NCBI RefSeq assembly: GCF_001194135.2
Contig: NC_068983.1
Span: forward strand, 59,170,818 to 59,209,947
Length of the DNA: 39,130 nucleotides
From: Octopus bimaculoides
Taxonomy: Eukaryota
Reading direction: 5' to 3'
Made by a program: the position numbers and the translations under genes. Shown here in pieces: positions 35,315-39,130 of this stretch; the first letter of the stretch is position 1, and each line of letters starts with the position of its first letter. The notes under the pieces are model-generated. The model was not told the origin of the DNA and searched no databases. It saw only the letters and a list, made by a program, of their open reading frames with translations.

Positions 35315-35415
35315 CCAAATTCTTCAAAGCAAAGATGAGTTCTTGGAAAGAACTTGGAACAGGACCAAGTTCTTGGGCATATGGTCAAATTCTTGGGTAG
35401 ATTTCCAAGTTCTTG
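35315..35415. repeat. Array of CAA(A/G)TTCTTGG-like motifs with one inverted copy
   Basis: TCTT cores at 35321, 35341, 35371, 35391 and 35411; perfect 10-bp stem aagaacttgg/ccaagttctt at 35348-35374. Confidence 0.75.
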
Positions 35416-36479
35416 TGGCCATGGCCATTTTGGAGGGGCTTTATAGTTGAATGGTTAAGAAGTTACATTTTCATTCAAGTGATTTGGGGTTCAATTCCAA
35501 TATATTACTTGGACTGGATTACCCTACAACATCTTCAAGTTCATGTTGTGAGTGAAATTAGATGGTTGTTGAAATTGTTGTTTAACCTTGACTGAGAAGG
35601 TCTATGATCAAAGACATTTCAACCATGACCATCCTGTCATTTTAGGCATATGTAGAACATTATCTGATTTGAAGTAAATTTAGTTGCTATTTCTAATGGA
35701 TGAATAATTTACAGGAAATAAATTTGGATTGTTGGAGACTGTGCAGAAGCTACTCACTGGAATGAACTTGGAAATCAAAAGCTTATAATTGCAACACAAT
35801 GTTATACTCAGAATATCTGAAGACTATCATATGAGTACAAGTGTCGGTGGATTACTCAGCTTTTGACACTATACTACAGTAAATTGGTAGCTTTTATAGA
35901 CTAAAGAACTCAAAGAATCATTACTGAAACCAACATGAAATCCATTTATTTGTTTATTTGTATTTTTCATTTTCTTAGGGAGATATCAATAAATGTTAAT
36001 GAATTTAAAATTGTTATATTTTAGGGATTGTTTATATCTCTTATACCTTCAGTGACCAATCAACTTTTAAATTTTAAGTTTACAATATTTAATACACTGA
36101 TTCCCAGGTAGGAGACTGGAGTTGCATTCTTCCTTTGAGGTATTAACATAAGACCAATATCCTTGGCCAAATATGGGAGTAGTTAGTTCTCTTTAATTCT
36201 CCTGCCTGTAACTTGAGGCTACATTTTGATACCTCTTCTCCATTATCTTCTCTCTTCCTTGTAGCAAGACACCTGTTCCTGTCCTTTTACCTTTATTTAA
36301 ACCTTTGAGCCCGTAATACCGGTTTACCAGTGGATGGCTTATTTTTCTCTATACCGTAGCACCACTCTATACTATAGCACCGGTAGAGTACCAAGTATAT
36401 GGTAAAATAAGGTTCAGGAGGTCATCACCTCTCATCACTGGCATAAAGCTATCTTTCAATAAAATACCCCTCTCTGTCA

Positions 36480-36710
36480 AGGGGTCTTGTCTTTCAAGTT
36501 ACCTGGTAAACTCATTGCTGCCTGTACAATGTAAAACGCACTCAGGACACTCTGCAAAGTGGTTGGCATGAGGAAGGGCAACTAGTTGTAGAAACCATGC
36601 CAAAGAAGGCATCAGAACTTGATACGTTTCTCTGGTTTTCTGGTTCCTGTTGAATCATCCAATCCATGCCAATATGGAAAACAGACATTAACTAATTGTG
36701 ATGGTGAATG
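36480..36710 (+). mobile_element. Degenerate RTE-type 3' UTR
   Basis: gcaaagtggttggcatgaggaagggca...gtagaaaccatgccaaag...atccaatccatgccaatatggaaaacagacattaa. Confidence 0.65.
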
Positions 36711-38470
36711 GGAGAGAGAGCCCCTATTCAGCTGGTCTCCAGATGGTGGGTAAAGGCACAGATATAAATATAGGAGTTACTGATGAATATGAAAATAAAT
36801 CACCTAGGACGTTAGTTTTCAACTGGGATCCATATGGTCCTTGGAATGAGGACATATAAGATTTTGTTGTTAAAGTTTATGTCCAATAACTTGCTTATAT
36901 TTTTACAACACACAAAACATTTTAGTTTTTTTTATACAATTCCTAATAAGTATTTAATCATAAAAATGTAGTAAGATTTTTTTTTATCTGTACATCGAAT
37001 GACAATGGAGGTCTAGTTGAGTAGGATAGGAATTAAAGGGACTTATAGGCAAAAAATGGTTGAGAACCACTGGTCAAGGACCAGTATAGGCTGCCCTTTG
37101 ACTAGATATAGCAACTGACAGCCACCTAGCCTGGAATTACAAATAATGTCATAGGAACCAGTATGGTAGATGTACAGAGTTAAGGAAGAGATCCATCCAC
37201 TAAGCATCTGCAACACTCACATAATACTAAGCCGAGGAACATTTGCGAGGTCAAAACCAGGGTCATCAAATTCCTGAAGTGTAATAATACTGTTAATGCC
37301 TGTAGAGCTGGTAACTATGGATGTTATTAGCCAATGAGACAAAGGAAGATTTGAATGACTCATGCTCACACTACAAATCAAATCTTCATAAATGTAATGC
37401 TTAACATTAAAAGAAGGGGAAAAAAACATAATAATAAGTAAGAAAAAAATATGAAAATATTGAAATACAGGATGTAGAATTCTGCTGCAAAAATTGGTCA
37501 ATAACTTCAGACTGCTGAAATTTGTTTGACCATAAGCTAGCAGCACAAAAAAAAATTTTTTAATAATATATAATAAAATAAATATATTTCTGACTACCAA
37601 ATATTGTTATTAGTCATGAAGTTTTTTTCAGTATTTTTTTTTTTTCTTTTTATCTTTCTTCTTTTCCTGCTAACCTAATCTTCCAATCTTTCATTATCTC
37701 TATTTGGTAGATACTGCATACTGCATTCTGATATTTTGCCGACGTTGCATACTTAGAAACATACATGCATCCTCAGTCACTATAGAATGTATAATATTTA
37801 GGAATAACATGAGTCATTGATCTTAAACTCTTCATATCTGCTGTAATGGAGCAATTGCCACTCACTGCCTCTCAGCACCACCACCAGCACCAGCAAAAAA
37901 AAACAACAACAGAAAGACATAAAAAAAAGCAAATGCATAATCTATAAATTACATGTATTCATATTCTTTCTTTTTCTTCTAAACATAAATCTCCGTTTAT
38001 GTTTAAATGATTTACACATAAATCTTCATTATTACAATAAAAACTAATAAAATTCAGCATTTTTTTTCTCTGGTATCATAGTAAAATAATTCTGAAAATA
38101 AATTCTAAAAGTCAATATAGTTTTTTAGAAAAGCTTCCAGTAACATGTAAGTGACAGAATTTTTCTTAAATATACAATAAATATATGATATTACATGAAG
38201 TTTCCATACAGTTTCCATGACAACATGTGTTGGTTATGGATAGGTGACTAATACTTATTAGTAGAGAGAAACCTAGATGTTTTACGAAATGAAATGAAAT
38301 TAAAAAGATAATGATTGTAAAACACGCTGAATGATGACAAGGAAGATGATGGTGATGATGATAAGGACAGATATTGATAGTACTAATATCACTTCTGCAT
38401 CAAGCCAATCATTAAAATGATGATGAGGATAGTGAGCTTTTGATATGTACGCATGTGGGAGTGTGTGTAC

Positions 38471-38505
<35 letters not shown>

Positions 38506-38517
38506 CATCTATATATA

Positions 38518-38630
38518 GATTGGAGCCTGGTGTAGCCATCCGGTTTCACCAGTCCTCAGTCAAGTCGTCCAACCCATGCTAGCATGGGAAGCGGACGTTA
38601 AACGATGATGATGATGATGATGATGATGAC
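38518..38630 (+). mobile_element. RTE-type 3' UTR end with (GAT)n tail
   Basis: gattggagcctggtgtagcc...gtcgtccaacccatgctagcatgggaagcggacgttaaac(gat)n. Confidence 0.88.
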
Positions 38631-38724
38631 ATACCTATACATACAAAATATACATACACATGTACATACACACTCATATACATATACATATATACACACA
38701 CATACATACTCATATACATACAAT

Positions 38725-38766
<42 letters not shown>

Positions 38767-38772
38767 TTAAAC

Positions 38773-38805
<33 letters not shown>

Positions 38806-38830
38806 ATATATATATACACATACACACACA

Positions 38831-38986
38831 GGAGTGGCTGTGTGCTAAGTAGCTTGCTTACCAACCACACGGTTCCGGGTTCGGCTCCACTGCATAATAC
38901 CTTGGGCAAGCATCTTTCACTATAGCCTCGGGCCGACCAAAGCCTTGTGAGCAGCTTTAGTAGACGGAAACTGAAACAAGCCCGTC

Positions 38987-39020
<34 letters not shown>
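38831..39020 (+). mobile_element. SINE family A, well-preserved 5' half ending in (TA)n
   Basis: ggagtggctgtgtgctaagtagcttgc...ggttccgggttcggctcc...gcctcgggccgaccaaagccttgtgag...gcccgtcg(ta)n. Confidence 0.92.
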
Positions 39021-39024
<4 letters not shown>

Positions 39025-39130
39025 CAAAAAAACAATAACAAAAAAACAAAAAAACAACAAAGTGAGGACGTGATATGGATAGTATTATTGGACGCTCAGG
39101 AAAGGAAAGAGAGAGTGTATGACGTTTCGG
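39021..39130 (-). mobile_element. Possible second Penelope-like terminal fragment, cut by the window edge
   Basis: Starts at (TA)n with an A-rich leader like 17750-17800. The minus strand at the edge reads CCGAAACGTC. Confidence 0.4.

Noticed and set aside
37217-37600. 127-aa minus-strand ORF as a single-exon gene
   Set aside because: The first half is T-rich low-complexity sequence and no domain is recognisable; only the last 53 nt are kept as a weak exon candidate.
38300-38925. Poly-His, poly-Ser, poly-Met and poly-Asp ORFs
   Set aside because: Translations of (GAT)n retroelement tails.

Overview
AT-rich, repeat-dominated eukaryotic DNA with six N-gaps (3656-3665, 4305-4314, 5653-6053, 7062-7386, 8614-8623, 30421-30540). 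The repeat set (tRNA-headed SINEs, RTE-type LINE 3' ends with (GAT)n tails, TA/CA microsatellites) looks like Octopus or another coleoid cephalopod; this is my recognition, not a database result. I find no intact protein-coding gene, tRNA/rRNA gene or CRISPR array, so the window is probably intronic or intergenic. Supported content: two mariner transposase relics, several RTE LINE fragments, about 20 SINE copies, a TA-flanked foldback MITE, a TTAA-flanked piggyBac-like MITE, Penelope-like terminal fragments with hammerhead-like motifs, and simple repeats. I cannot demonstrate a new biological system. The best leads are: (1) a 300-bp, ~92% identical inverted duplication (11865-12164 / 13919-14218) that may mark a staggered-break micro-inversion and could form long dsRNA, fused to a direct copy of a segment 11 kb away; (2) a minimal hammerhead-like motif at 17839-17874; (3) head/tail module shuffling among the SINEs. 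All alignments and counts were done by eye and repeat boundaries are approximate.
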